UHGV virus genome: UHGV-1351279
DNA length: 64,000 nt
Origin: a virus
Direction: 5' to 3' (one strand)
Of this stretch, positions 14,601 through 21,603 are shown piece by piece. Below the pieces are notes generated by a model that was given only the letters and a program-made list of their open reading frames with translations, ran no database searches and was not told the DNA's origin. Position numbers and translations under genes: made by a program. Position 1 is the stretch's first letter, and each line of letters starts with the position of its first letter.

Positions 14601-16196
14601 TCAGAAGAAGCTTATAATCTTTGGAGGAGTAAGCCTAATAAAAGCACTTATAATGATTTTATAAATAAACTTAAAAGGTTTGAATCCCCTATTGATACAG
14701 ATAATAATGAAAAGACAGCACTTAGTGATAAGTATATTTCTATAAGGTATAATAGAGCAAATGGTAAGGCTTATAAACTATTTAAATTAGTAGATACTGA
14801 AATTACAGGAAGTGGTAGAGTACTTGTATATGAAGAGATAGCTGTTTTAGGTGATAATGGTTATAATGAGTATGATATGGAAGCTATTTATAATGATGGT
14901 TCTTTAAATCCTGTTGGAGATATAGAACCTGCTGAACCTATTATAAGTGCTAAACCTTTAGATTTATCTGAAATACAGGAAACTACTGTAGGAGAATTGT
15001 TAGGAGCTGTATTCCAGAAAGAAAGTAAGCTTAAAGACTTAATGAATGATTTATTACCTTTTATAGATAAAGATGTAAAAGTAATATTCTCTGATAACTA
15101 TAATGGTAAGAATGTATCTATAGCTACTTACATGTCTCAAGAAAATGTAATAGTAATCAATCCTATGATGAAGAATGATAATTTTGTCAAGAGACAACAA
15201 CAATTAGCTAAGTCTGAAAATTATATACAAGAGGTAGTTCTTGAAGAGATAATACACAGCATTACTGTTAGTGAATTAAGTAAATGGGGAGTAAGACAAA
15301 CTACTGAAGGAGGAAATCCTAAAGAGTTTAATTATGTAGTAAGAGATGATGCTCCTTTATATATCAAAAAGCTCAATGATTTATATGAATTAGCTAAATC
15401 TAAGATACCTTATGACCCAACAAATCATGCTACTTATCCTATGATGAATATTGCAGAGTTTGTAGCTGGTGTATTTTCTAATGGTAACTTCAGAGAACTC
15501 CTTGATAGTACTAAAGATGGGGGAGAAACATTACTTGATAAGTTTAGAAAACTCTTTAAGAATTTGATTACTTACTTAACAGGTAAGAAATACTCTGATG
15601 AGGTGATGACTACTGTTATGGAATTACTCAAAGCTAAAGGTAGAAGTACAGAGTTTGTAACTACAGATAGAAGTACCAAGGAGTTTAAGAAAGCTGAAGC
15701 AGCTGATAAAGTGAAGACTATTCTAAGACAACTTAAAGCTGAAGATGTTAATTTCAAAGATGAGTTATCACCATACTCTCCTAAGCAACTTAGTCAATAT
15801 GCTTACAGAAAAGCTTTCTCTGATAATATAATTAATGATTTGAAAGCTGGTAAGACAATATTTGTAAATGAGAAAAACAGTAGAAATAATGTTGAGAAAA
15901 AGTATATTCAAGATATTATAGACCTTATTTTAACTGTACCTGGAATGAATGAGGATAACAAAGGAGAAGCTATGGAATACAAAAAAGTAAGAAATGATTT
16001 GTATATGTTGAAAATAAAAGATACTTTTGCAGAGAAACTTGCTAAATTGGATTCTGTATCTCCAGAGAATTTTGATTACACAGGATTTAATTTACAGCAA
16101 GCTATAAATCATATTATGAAAGAGAACCCTTCATTTACAACAAAGGATTTAAAGAATAAATTAAAAGAAATTGGTCTTATAAAAGAAGATTGCTAA
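2670..16196 (+). CDS. giant hypothetical protein (4508 aa); putative virion-packaged or ejected protein
   Basis: 13.5-kb uninterrupted ORF. Has a K/E-rich coiled-coil segment (about nt 4790-5040) and a Pro/Thr-rich linker (about nt 7460-7520). Its stop overlaps the ATG of the next gene (TAATG). No DxDGD or other catalytic signature was found by eye. Confidence 0.7.
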   Translation: MEKPSNNDKKVALNSLFNAIDRTVQEDSRKRVGGHKTVRDLEKTLGIKANSISTYNDQMSEVKRLVGADAFVDTGIDYTQNLAANQSDSEAFTRGAAMLGKGFVSGALQSFASWDFGSIRDMATGDTSKEFGNALTESSLAKWAKDMTGLEIYQNGDDFGSSKYWARFIGQQGFTLGIMAEMALEQGLLAYVTGGAGNVAGAASKSRLIYNLLTGVNGLYGGVREAWMNGLETQENTYNKYIQLGFDQETAKKRASEAAAIGFRMEVGPIMLLNGIQSMATFGRFASKGLNKALEESMDFGVSSAVGKLGSIFEKSSNKFVRNAGMLFTDSVSEGVEEGYQTWAGNYAQDELQKRHLGFGTDEPFWNEEMRDSILMGALSGGMMAGFGKAVQKFGDWYSGRSKAINEATEAFMKDVTSNSVTAIKELNDASLAYQKAFETYNKDKTKDNRKAMNEAKKNLIIAQEKQGTAQVLEAMELDHLKGNENNEVFNAHIEQIDNAIKALQSNDTDKLKGLGFIDENGQSVTGLTNAEMIKMLQSDKDKALKTKKRFEDHYQHTTTDLGTIKKLVTIETKIDTFEEMKKEVEGKIGNYRNGNQVYSQLSEDGKELYGLYLRKNALEGLKERGGISKNQEVELDTINHKLQSIADANGKKNVNDLYSVQDANILRRDMIGIQAQQENYIEHYAYETEIDKLYESLEHNSKQDVIKQNIKERRKAQREAAKAVRDFNKLEREQEKERKRLEKEKAKAKNKEEKEKAQKEIDELAKEQKETQEKKDKAQKIESIENETGNKASDTEKEELINNGNFIYAEEDTAYKFDFEEGIVPEEPTKEPTETTDNAVEEAMSLKELIAKGLIKLGVPTPADVSPFDDDGVDIDANNEDFAFTPIDDSEPVIYTEPFEIIDFDANANLEGDFESRRETAIKFVQEILKELGLDEPDFEDYIKYFIDRKGKKITDDVFPGLVKMWELAGYSLDNVNSVYDKFFNTATAASDFALELMNNGTLVNKFNEGSEATAIASQAPVIATKGNKVIRDDRGTLGAGLEVIEDTATENPNPKAAHLGVKYETVTLPNGVKAKRYSEVELNNDPFIDNHLVLDKDFLSPGRVLDVRVAEDALVTVWDKDSNGNKIKKTVKFKDLGLQPGTPEYNAKVPIVAYYGDKPVFFLHDHEWYNRTNISNRHGMQDQIIKDGSRMINEVRRQILEGGKTQIKITDNLFGNMLNLSNAAREKDQQPITLNEASKGSQIVIAEKTNTIKAGGELVPTTDLVNDFEKNPLIPGAAYEIREIGDGKKILLSVASNRTGELDSMPDIGYNTVKFGIIAAFYLLNKNDSRFESTTAGITKKNNVVHPTIEIKNADGTVEKRIVTVKQKLESMGMTEDKAKKIADAIHIAYGIDILEDAHLLFELFTTTATGKTSKQQFFQNATNPNNKQKVILLPKKSSEGKISVNYHVKGYSTAPVTLSGKNLNAIEMKLNVKPDDQEGFISFFNFMNALFRPSKEDAEKGITKGAFSYNNFMPNDKQLGSEKTLVNITNNGEITSYQSTNGNSTYSDFAKDTLKTNIKSFEIEGADGNKKSILDIQPMIYYEVVDGEVTAPQATSAPNVTPITPTITPPKQEVNVGQVVTAAKEEGEQSDFTKRKAEALKSVEEMKKLIGTEVGGKIFTEEMYKNALDFALSEFNEDHDASVSITMNQYHLIQSTKNNRIDGISILEENELLNTLFYSTLERVNLNKHEVTLSSIQRSLYNSLKIIEESKEQFEIMAKINPVLASRMSARVEKLKAILNQKEKLIGKDGSLMIMLNRFFGEEIEFNEEALEDSDESIISIQDGDGTEKNYSESSLEKNVKITFSSSLKILLARVKAKNNQGTNKLNSLQLPMFEDIDNVVMTLQEVLVKGNSDFDFVLQELKNRGKSTRPNAQVYAELHRLFADAPKHIQNEILYKMTSDVLSMYMILMQEGAYNNYTKLALQNANSSASDIRLVREWKNNFLNSELFFEKDGEKYYNMERVDLLNKEINSLRNDYKELLVDNPEHVQKLNSVLRKLGINLSENTLKELLSTEGNNLLSNVGSLSHIQRVLYEVNSFYQTPRKDPNTGKEIHINPKYTDEGLSLYDVEATNIRNNYANLEIDLNGSIIEKSYRVAGKTIQGTIQKMMAYDAVFELKDSSNPKAEQLLQVPYSSRNYMLRMMVPEDSKKEDSVRKAEEIRNRFDIGFVSLEAIKERHKKTFGSRKITDIPDTDNVLAQLGFFQNTVKKLTHKIPGYKSLSFRLAKVMNPTLSDKNQMLLYDMAVVDVTNSVLSNTFADKGNKYNIGEDLLNFLTDQIFESELDRIISSFKEKTNIKKYDKAAQFFLAFPGFNTLELTMEDGTKMSLIEFLHINKGLAKGEENIAIKRPAIREAAKQYLADLVKEKVKDKVNFDNNTGEWFDNNFISFDEKGVNFENNFLDDSYLASKVKGSPEKSVEVAAYDFVINNMLAQNNVYQMIAGDTALYSENPSKFADKKEPKNISKIDFVGLAKKTAENIDKRMAMLIAPGNKLANSLHEKYLQIMVNDPVTITSTSRQLIKQYYGEVTKENEQVIAAIEEFEEKAEKARGVYLDELRNEYNNKYVKINDKFVSVDSDGEIHYSDSIEAAESLGKVLKGVDGYQTFLKENNKEIGDYFDIEGTDAQELTTWQEHLDILLRQGRLTEEERNDIKAVYDKLSKGETLDSKELKVVMQPIKPVYAGSTIVRNDKNEPIVNRVTYIKSSSFPLLPQLTAGLKIDAVRKHMEKLQEHHKGNRKVRLSFQTANKVGSIDSTLSIHDLYNKTFDELFNKSTLLNDNTLELERKHFKIQQDTPYKTDKNMAKGKDDSIIMGSQMWKIILGNGINKIEEAIFPNTFDAAIINEYNSQVSEKDRVVINSTKSNLTGKDLDKIKSYVENKYIRNEKDKLYRQLGLDPETNRPKDEAKFMKTLQELLISEAKSRNYTDGLLDGLEVFEDLEKIDFNIPLWLSSGSNKFEALLQAIISNRLIVLKLPGNSHYTSSSEGFSFRKEDIVSLESINENKKSGIVWLDPNHTGELRATTNENGTLKEAEVLIQSKFRITKEDGTTELIDLTKTPYSEEDKATGKKVLNKEMIDQALLSMFSFRIPTSSHQSGAILKVVGFLPEASGDLIVVPKEHTKQIGEDYDIDKRNIYKSNYVVRENGKIEKLTSANIEEIVKKKTKNLQTQIDALYDAVGKEFANNNKVNEDLSYLSIDELRDMVYDVFGIDLDEEGIIDDKEVRKVAKENILKKNAEKIKTLHDSKHKLQWNKYFVEKTTRESLEKKLLENAMIDVYKSVYLTTNDKVQKKINKVLSFEVAGETAKLIDKKLNSMESTKYFTIYDDSYQRKLMRLGSTGKLGISVHSNTVTFLSQIQRLDKPIIVKRTVYDEKGKPRLVNSEMELDGLPSDGTLGGFNNEFKTLDGMRLISDVVGENQNSATDNVKAQIMGKRNENAYTINVLTMLNLRGYDMTKNPVTLDNGKKQHLQLTSLFLSQPILRRYVELQEKYKSLTSGYVKDKENEIIRQLIREFDIIIPDSTLNKFNNEGVIFNEEELRIHEKQITGQGLYNGLIDNKNTQNTTMQLAVLQTFLNLKRESEEIGEYQKLISMNSTKLGISYFNTLDRIEILRKLNNEQKFENIQSLVGDFEVVDFDLPNEVIKERIRELKDDGYVLFNYITPIAIKPTTPEGTMLIHSLKTSESVFDKLYPYKSATVKDIIEKITEIAGKTDLRGEALNDLRYTIMQEFKEFIYSSKNSGLFEDATVREERERLFFDRAGNESLASFINRLQKMDNNFLKNNEFIRSLQADVSLTGGVSTIKNLFEEMDKFSQSNRYNDYLKMLQDNDTIIGEWNGYKVTPFQLAQELATYAYFADQEGGATGFRNNINANYLNVIGFSKYLRDVNNEIFGTIVTDAFSDKFVEQFFQHNPDQAITLSQDKLKKLIGAKDKFESILINKGSEEAYNLWRSKPNKSTYNDFINKLKRFESPIDTDNNEKTALSDKYISIRYNRANGKAYKLFKLVDTEITGSGRVLVYEEIAVLGDNGYNEYDMEAIYNDGSLNPVGDIEPAEPIISAKPLDLSEIQETTVGELLGAVFQKESKLKDLMNDLLPFIDKDVKVIFSDNYNGKNVSIATYMSQENVIVINPMMKNDNFVKRQQQLAKSENYIQEVVLEEIIHSITVSELSKWGVRQTTEGGNPKEFNYVVRDDAPLYIKKLNDLYELAKSKIPYDPTNHATYPMMNIAEFVAGVFSNGNFRELLDSTKDGGETLLDKFRKLFKNLITYLTGKKYSDEVMTTVMELLKAKGRSTEFVTTDRSTKEFKKAEAADKVKTILRQLKAEDVNFKDELSPYSPKQLSQYAYRKAFSDNIINDLKAGKTIFVNEKNSRNNVEKKYIQDIIDLILTVPGMNEDNKGEAMEYKKVRNDLYMLKIKDTFAEKLAKLDSVSPENFDYTGFNLQQAINHIMKENPSFTTKDLKNKLKEIGLIKEDC

Positions 16197-19100
16197 TGAG
16201 TACTTGTAAAGTAGAATTTAAAGGTTTTAATATTGATTCAAGTAGTTTAGATAACTACTTGAATCAATTTACCATTGATGGTAAACAAAAGATAGATGGG
16301 GCTAAAAACACCATAAGCTATTTATTAAGTAATGCAAAAGACAATAAGTTAGGAGTACTTAAACTTGCTCTTAACTCTAATAAAGCATACATTAAAGATT
16401 TAGCTAATATGATGCTTAATACTAATAGAAAATTCTATGCTGAGGTAGAGATAAACAACAACCTTAAAGGGTTTTCTAAGTATAATGCTAATGACAATAA
16501 AATCTATATCAATGTAGATGCTATATCACAGAGGTTTTCTGAAAGTGCAGAGGAATATTTGTATGAAAGAATAGTTCATGACTTTATACAAGGATTTGCA
16601 AATAGAGAGCTAAAAAAAGCATATGAAGATGCTAATAGAGACTCTCCTTATATGAAGAATATAATCAACTTGTTTAAAGAATATTCAAAGAGTGTAGACC
16701 TTAAGGAATATAATGTATTCAAGGATAGTGTAAATAAAGAACCTTTGTTGGACCCAAGAAGTGAAAGAAGTCTTATAAGAGAGGGTTATGCTGAAGAGAC
16801 TTACAGAGCTATTACTAATCCTGCTGAGTTCTTATCTTATGGTTTGTCTAATAGTGAGTTTAGAAATACACTGAGAAAGCAAAACTTATGGCAAAAGTTT
16901 GTTTCTTTGTTAAAAGACCTTTTAGGTATATCTCAAGATAATAATGACTTAGAGTACCTTTATAAAAACTTAGATAGTTATTTAAAACAAGATGACCCTT
17001 ATACATTACATAGTGGAGGTGCAATTGGAGCTGATACTGTTTGGGGCCAGATAGGTAAACAATTTGGTATATCAGAAGAAAATCAAAGACATTATAAAAC
17101 TGCTGATATGCCTAATGGTAATACTCAAATAACTGAGCAAGATTATAGAGAAGGTAGAAAAGAAGCAGCTAAAGCAGCTAATAGAATGTTTGGTTATGAC
17201 AAAACTGAAGTAAACATGGGTTTGCTTATAAGAAATTGGTCTCAAGTAAAATATTCTGAAGCTGTATATGCTGTTGGAAGATTAGTTCCAGCTGGAGAGA
17301 ATGCTTTTCCTGATAATAAAAAAGAAGATACAAGAATTGCAAAAAACCCTACTGTAACAGGAGGTACAGGTTATGCTGTAAATATGGCTATTCTTAATAA
17401 TAAACCTGTGTATGTATATAATCAGTATGACAATCCAACTTACCCAAAAGGTTGGTATAAATATGATTCTAATATAAATGATTATGTACCTACAGAGACA
17501 CCTACACTTACAAGACACTTTGCTGGTATAGGTACAAGAAATATCAATGAAGATGGTGAAAAAGCTATTCAAGATACTTATGAAAAAACTTTCAATAAAA
17601 AACAACAAACAGGTTCTCAGAGTAGTACAGATAGTAATATAAAAGTAGAACAACAAAATAGATATTCTGTACAAGATGTGAGAAATAATCCTGACAAAAT
17701 ATTTGTATTTGGTGATAACTCCATAAGACAAGGTACAGGAGGTCAAGCTCAAATAAGAAATGAGCCTAATGCAGTTGGTATAATGACTAAAAAGTTTCCA
17801 AGAAATACACCTGATGCCTTTTTATATGATAGTGAATATGCAGAAAATATTAAGAGAATAAATGAAGATATAGAGAACTTAAAGCAAAAAGTAAAAGGTA
17901 AAACTGTAGTTTTTCCTACAGATGGTATTGGTACTAATTTAGCTGATATAGCTCATACAGCACCAAGAACTATGGAGTATCTTATAAATAGATTAAGAGA
18001 AGAGTTTGGACTAAAAGATTCAGACCCTTTTATAAAATCTATGCTTAATAAACTAAATGAAGCAAGAAATGGTTTTGGACAAAAAATGCTTATAGATGGA
18101 GAAATTTATTCATATAATGTAGATAAATTAAAAGCTTATAAACACACATTTGTTGGTTCAGGTATAAATGCTAAACAAAATGCTACTGAAGTTACTGACC
18201 CTAATTTAATAAAAAAAATATCTGATAAGTATTTTGAAACAGATAATAATAATAATAATGAAAGTAATACATCCGATAAAGTAGATGATATATTAAATGA
18301 GTTTGAGTTTTTAAAAACAAATGACCCAGAGCAAAGTAAAGAAGTTGAGATATTAGAACCTTTTGGAGTGTTTCCAAAAAATACAGGTTTCCTAATTGTA
18401 CATACTCCAAGCGCAAAAGGTAATACTGTTGTTAGAATAAAAACAAAAGATGGTAAATACTATCAGTATGAAATAGTTAAAGTTGGTGCTGGTGAATCAG
18501 TTTCTGTTTTTAAGTTTGACAAAGAGGGTGATAGATATGTAAAAAAATCTTTAGAATTAAATGAAAAAAACTCTTTCATTAAAAGCTTTGTAATAAAATT
18601 TGTTGGAATAAGTAATGAGCAAGCAAACAGAGAGGATATAAAAAGTATCTTTACAAAAGCTTTAGCATTTTTGACTAATAAATCTAAGAATAAAGAAGGG
18701 TATAGAGAGCTACTCAATAATGAGTTTGTAAAGAGTGACTTGCTACACATACATAATGTAAATTTACAAGACACAATAGCACAAATTAATTCATTAAAAG
18801 CTGATGATAAAGTTGAAGTTGATAGGATTAATTATCTTTTAGATTATCTTACAAATGATTTAAATAACAACGATAAAATATGGTATTTTGGTAGGTATGC
18901 TGAAAATGATTTATTTGGTCTTTTAGTTAATGAAGAAAAACTTACAAAACTTTCATCAGAAGATGCACTCTTAAAGTATGAAGAACTTAAACAGCTATTA
19001 TCAAGAAAATTTAAAGAGCTTGTATATGATTACAATGGTGATGTAAAAAAATGGCTATTTTCTTTATTAGATGAAAAAGAATTAGATGGTGATTTACTGA

Positions 19101-21592
19101 ACAAGTTAAGAGAGTTGAGAGGTGATGAAGAAACAATAACTCCTACACAACCTACACCTCCTCCAGCACCAAAAGAACGTTATGGAGAAGAATTTCAAGT
19201 AGACCAATTTGTATTTTCTTATAATCCTGAGACAGGTAAGTACTATCAGCATTTTAAATCTAAAAAAGGAGAAGTAAAAGAACTTACTAATGAAAAGCAA
19301 CAAAACAAAACTTTTTTAAAGTACATAGAAAAACACCCTGAGCATGCTGAAATAGTAACTTATGAAAATACAGGTAATAAATATGTTTATGATAAGAAAA
19401 GAGATAAAGTAATATCTTTATCTACAGCAGACACCATAGTTCAACCTGATATTGTTGATAAAGTAAAAAACCATGAAAAATACGCAAGGGAAGAAAAGAT
19501 AGAAGGTTTAAAGAAATACATAAAACAATATTTAAAAGATTTCAAGGATATGTCTTTTGCAAGACTTTATCAATTATTGATTAATCAAGGTACTATAACT
19601 CATGAAGATGCACATGATTTTTCTGAAGCTTTTAATCAAGCTCAACAAGAAATAAATGAAGAAAAAAATACAAGAGTCTATAAATTAAAAAGCCAACTCC
19701 CCAGTGATGTATTAGAGTATTTAAAAAATACAATAAGTGAGTACTATGATAAAAATGATAGCAAAGATGTAAACACTATCTACAGAGATTTTATGAAATC
19801 CCGTGAAGGTAAGAATGGAGGTTTTATATTTGATGTACATGGTTTGGGTAGTTTTAATATACATAATGATATATTTACAGAGCTTTTTAAAGAAATAAAA
19901 AAAGAAAAAGAGCTTGAAAAAGAAGCTAAAAAACCCCCTCAATATGAACACTCATTTTCTTACAAAGGTATAACAATACCTACTAAATTTCAATTATCAG
20001 AAGAGCAAGAACAGGCTCTTATAACTCTTATAGAAAATATTACAAGTGGAGATACAGAACCTATAACTTTAAGTGGCTATGCTGGTACTGGCAAAACTTC
20101 TGTGATAGGATATTTGGAAGATTATTTAAAAAGGAAAAGAGGTTATAAATTTCTTTATGGCGCACCTACACATGCTGCTACACTATATTTAGGTTATAAC
20201 ACTAAGAAAATGCCTTTTACAATTGCTTCTTCTGTTGTAAAAAGAATAGATGATTTTGGTAATGTAACTTACACAACATCTTCAAAAGTTGACCAAGCAT
20301 TATCAGACTACGACCAGAATATCTTTGTAGTAGATGAAGTTTCTCTAATGGATTCAACCACTATGGATAATTTCCTTTCTGTAATGGATAGAAAAGGTGT
20401 AAAAGTTATATTCATGGGGGATAAAATGCAATTACCTGAAGTAGCATCTAAAGGAAAAATAAACCCTGAAACAAAAAATTCTATAAAAGATGTTTCTAAG
20501 GCTTTTACTGATTTTAAATTAATACAATTATCTCAAGTACAAAGAACAAAAGATAACTCAATTTTGAGGGTTCTAACAGAGATTAGGAATAATCCTGATG
20601 GTGTATTACCTGTTGTAGATAATACAGAGACTCTACAGTTTTTTAATAAAGATGATAACACTAAAGGTTTTTACAAAGGGTTTAGAACAGCTTATGAAGC
20701 AGACCCTGAAGAAGCTATTTATATTACTTATACCAATGAAGATGTAAAGAACTTCAATAAATCTTTTAGAAAAGCTTTTTATGGTGAAGATGTAGATGGC
20801 TTAGTTGAAGGTGAATCTGTAATAGGATACTCTGGTTACAACAATAAAAAGATTAAGTCAAATGACTTAGCAAACAGTATAAAATACACTGTAGATGATA
20901 TTAGTTATGATGGTTCTGAAGTAAAAATAACATTAAAATCTAATGCTATACAAAAATTAGCTGATTTGCATTCACCAAATAGAGAGAATGATAAAACTGT
21001 ACAAACTACTTATTTACAGATGTCCAGAACAGACTCTTTAGATATGAAAAATCTTACAGATAAAGATTTTTTAAAGAATAATAGTAAACTATCTGAAATA
21101 TTTAGAGATGTCTATGATTTGAAGAAGATGGCTTTAGGAACAAACAGATGGAAAGATTTTAGTGAGACACTTGCTAAGATTACAGGGGGACTTGCTAAAT
21201 TAGAGATTGGAGATGATTATTTCTACAATCCATATACAAATATGATGGAAAAAGAAAGCTCTGTAAATTGGTCTAATCCTCAAATGGCTAATCTAAAAAA
21301 GAATTATAAAGAGCTTTTTATGAGTAAGAGTATTGACTATGGTTATGGTATAACTATACATAAAGCACAAGGAGCTACTTATAAGAATGTATTCTTTAAT
21401 TCTACATCAACGGAATTTGCTAAAACAGAAATCCATGAAAATGGAATGCAAATAAGTACAGAAGGTAACTCTCTTAACTATGTAGCTATGTCAAGAGCAA
21501 GTGAGAAACTTTTTGTTCTTCACTCTAATAATATAAAAAGATTAAACAATGATGACTCTATAGAGTTGTCAAAAAATTGCAGTGTATTCTAA
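16196..21592 (+). CDS. multidomain giant protein (about 1798 aa): N-terminal Rossmann-like (SLOG/LOG-DprA-like) glycine-loop modules plus a C-terminal Dda/RecD-like SF1B helicase
   Basis: The ATG at 16196 overlaps the upstream stop; the ORF track's start at 16190 is a TTG. N-terminal modules: HSGGAIGADTVWGQIG ... TGGTGYAVNMAILNNKPVYVYN (about nt 17000-17430) and KIFVFGDNSIRQGTGGQAQ (about nt 17690-17960). C-terminal helicase motifs: Walker A SGYAGTGKTS, Walker B VDEVSLMD, GDKMQLPE, and GYGITIHKAQGATY. Confidence 0.7.
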   Translation: MSTCKVEFKGFNIDSSSLDNYLNQFTIDGKQKIDGAKNTISYLLSNAKDNKLGVLKLALNSNKAYIKDLANMMLNTNRKFYAEVEINNNLKGFSKYNANDNKIYINVDAISQRFSESAEEYLYERIVHDFIQGFANRELKKAYEDANRDSPYMKNIINLFKEYSKSVDLKEYNVFKDSVNKEPLLDPRSERSLIREGYAEETYRAITNPAEFLSYGLSNSEFRNTLRKQNLWQKFVSLLKDLLGISQDNNDLEYLYKNLDSYLKQDDPYTLHSGGAIGADTVWGQIGKQFGISEENQRHYKTADMPNGNTQITEQDYREGRKEAAKAANRMFGYDKTEVNMGLLIRNWSQVKYSEAVYAVGRLVPAGENAFPDNKKEDTRIAKNPTVTGGTGYAVNMAILNNKPVYVYNQYDNPTYPKGWYKYDSNINDYVPTETPTLTRHFAGIGTRNINEDGEKAIQDTYEKTFNKKQQTGSQSSTDSNIKVEQQNRYSVQDVRNNPDKIFVFGDNSIRQGTGGQAQIRNEPNAVGIMTKKFPRNTPDAFLYDSEYAENIKRINEDIENLKQKVKGKTVVFPTDGIGTNLADIAHTAPRTMEYLINRLREEFGLKDSDPFIKSMLNKLNEARNGFGQKMLIDGEIYSYNVDKLKAYKHTFVGSGINAKQNATEVTDPNLIKKISDKYFETDNNNNNESNTSDKVDDILNEFEFLKTNDPEQSKEVEILEPFGVFPKNTGFLIVHTPSAKGNTVVRIKTKDGKYYQYEIVKVGAGESVSVFKFDKEGDRYVKKSLELNEKNSFIKSFVIKFVGISNEQANREDIKSIFTKALAFLTNKSKNKEGYRELLNNEFVKSDLLHIHNVNLQDTIAQINSLKADDKVEVDRINYLLDYLTNDLNNNDKIWYFGRYAENDLFGLLVNEEKLTKLSSEDALLKYEELKQLLSRKFKELVYDYNGDVKKWLFSLLDEKELDGDLLNKLRELRGDEETITPTQPTPPPAPKERYGEEFQVDQFVFSYNPETGKYYQHFKSKKGEVKELTNEKQQNKTFLKYIEKHPEHAEIVTYENTGNKYVYDKKRDKVISLSTADTIVQPDIVDKVKNHEKYAREEKIEGLKKYIKQYLKDFKDMSFARLYQLLINQGTITHEDAHDFSEAFNQAQQEINEEKNTRVYKLKSQLPSDVLEYLKNTISEYYDKNDSKDVNTIYRDFMKSREGKNGGFIFDVHGLGSFNIHNDIFTELFKEIKKEKELEKEAKKPPQYEHSFSYKGITIPTKFQLSEEQEQALITLIENITSGDTEPITLSGYAGTGKTSVIGYLEDYLKRKRGYKFLYGAPTHAATLYLGYNTKKMPFTIASSVVKRIDDFGNVTYTTSSKVDQALSDYDQNIFVVDEVSLMDSTTMDNFLSVMDRKGVKVIFMGDKMQLPEVASKGKINPETKNSIKDVSKAFTDFKLIQLSQVQRTKDNSILRVLTEIRNNPDGVLPVVDNTETLQFFNKDDNTKGFYKGFRTAYEADPEEAIYITYTNEDVKNFNKSFRKAFYGEDVDGLVEGESVIGYSGYNNKKIKSNDLANSIKYTVDDISYDGSEVKITLKSNAIQKLADLHSPNRENDKTVQTTYLQMSRTDSLDMKNLTDKDFLKNNSKLSEIFRDVYDLKKMALGTNRWKDFSETLAKITGGLAKLEIGDDYFYNPYTNMMEKESSVNWSNPQMANLKKNYKELFMSKSIDYGYGITIHKAQGATYKNVFFNSTSTEFAKTEIHENGMQISTEGNSLNYVAMSRASEKLFVLHSNNIKRLNNDDSIELSKNCSVF
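19960..21592 (+). other. SF1B (Dda/RecD/Pif1-like) helicase domain inside the 1798-aa protein
   Basis: About 45-50% identical by eye to the free-standing helicase at 29675-31246, from YKGITIPTKFQLSEEQ through LNYVAMSRASEKLFVL. Confidence 0.7.
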
Positions 21593-21603
21593 AATAAAAT
21601 AAT

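Noticed and set aside
16190-16192. ORF-track start of the 1798-aa gene at 16190
   Set aside because: That codon is TTG. The ATG at 16196-16198 overlaps the upstream TAA (TAATG) and is the more plausible initiator.
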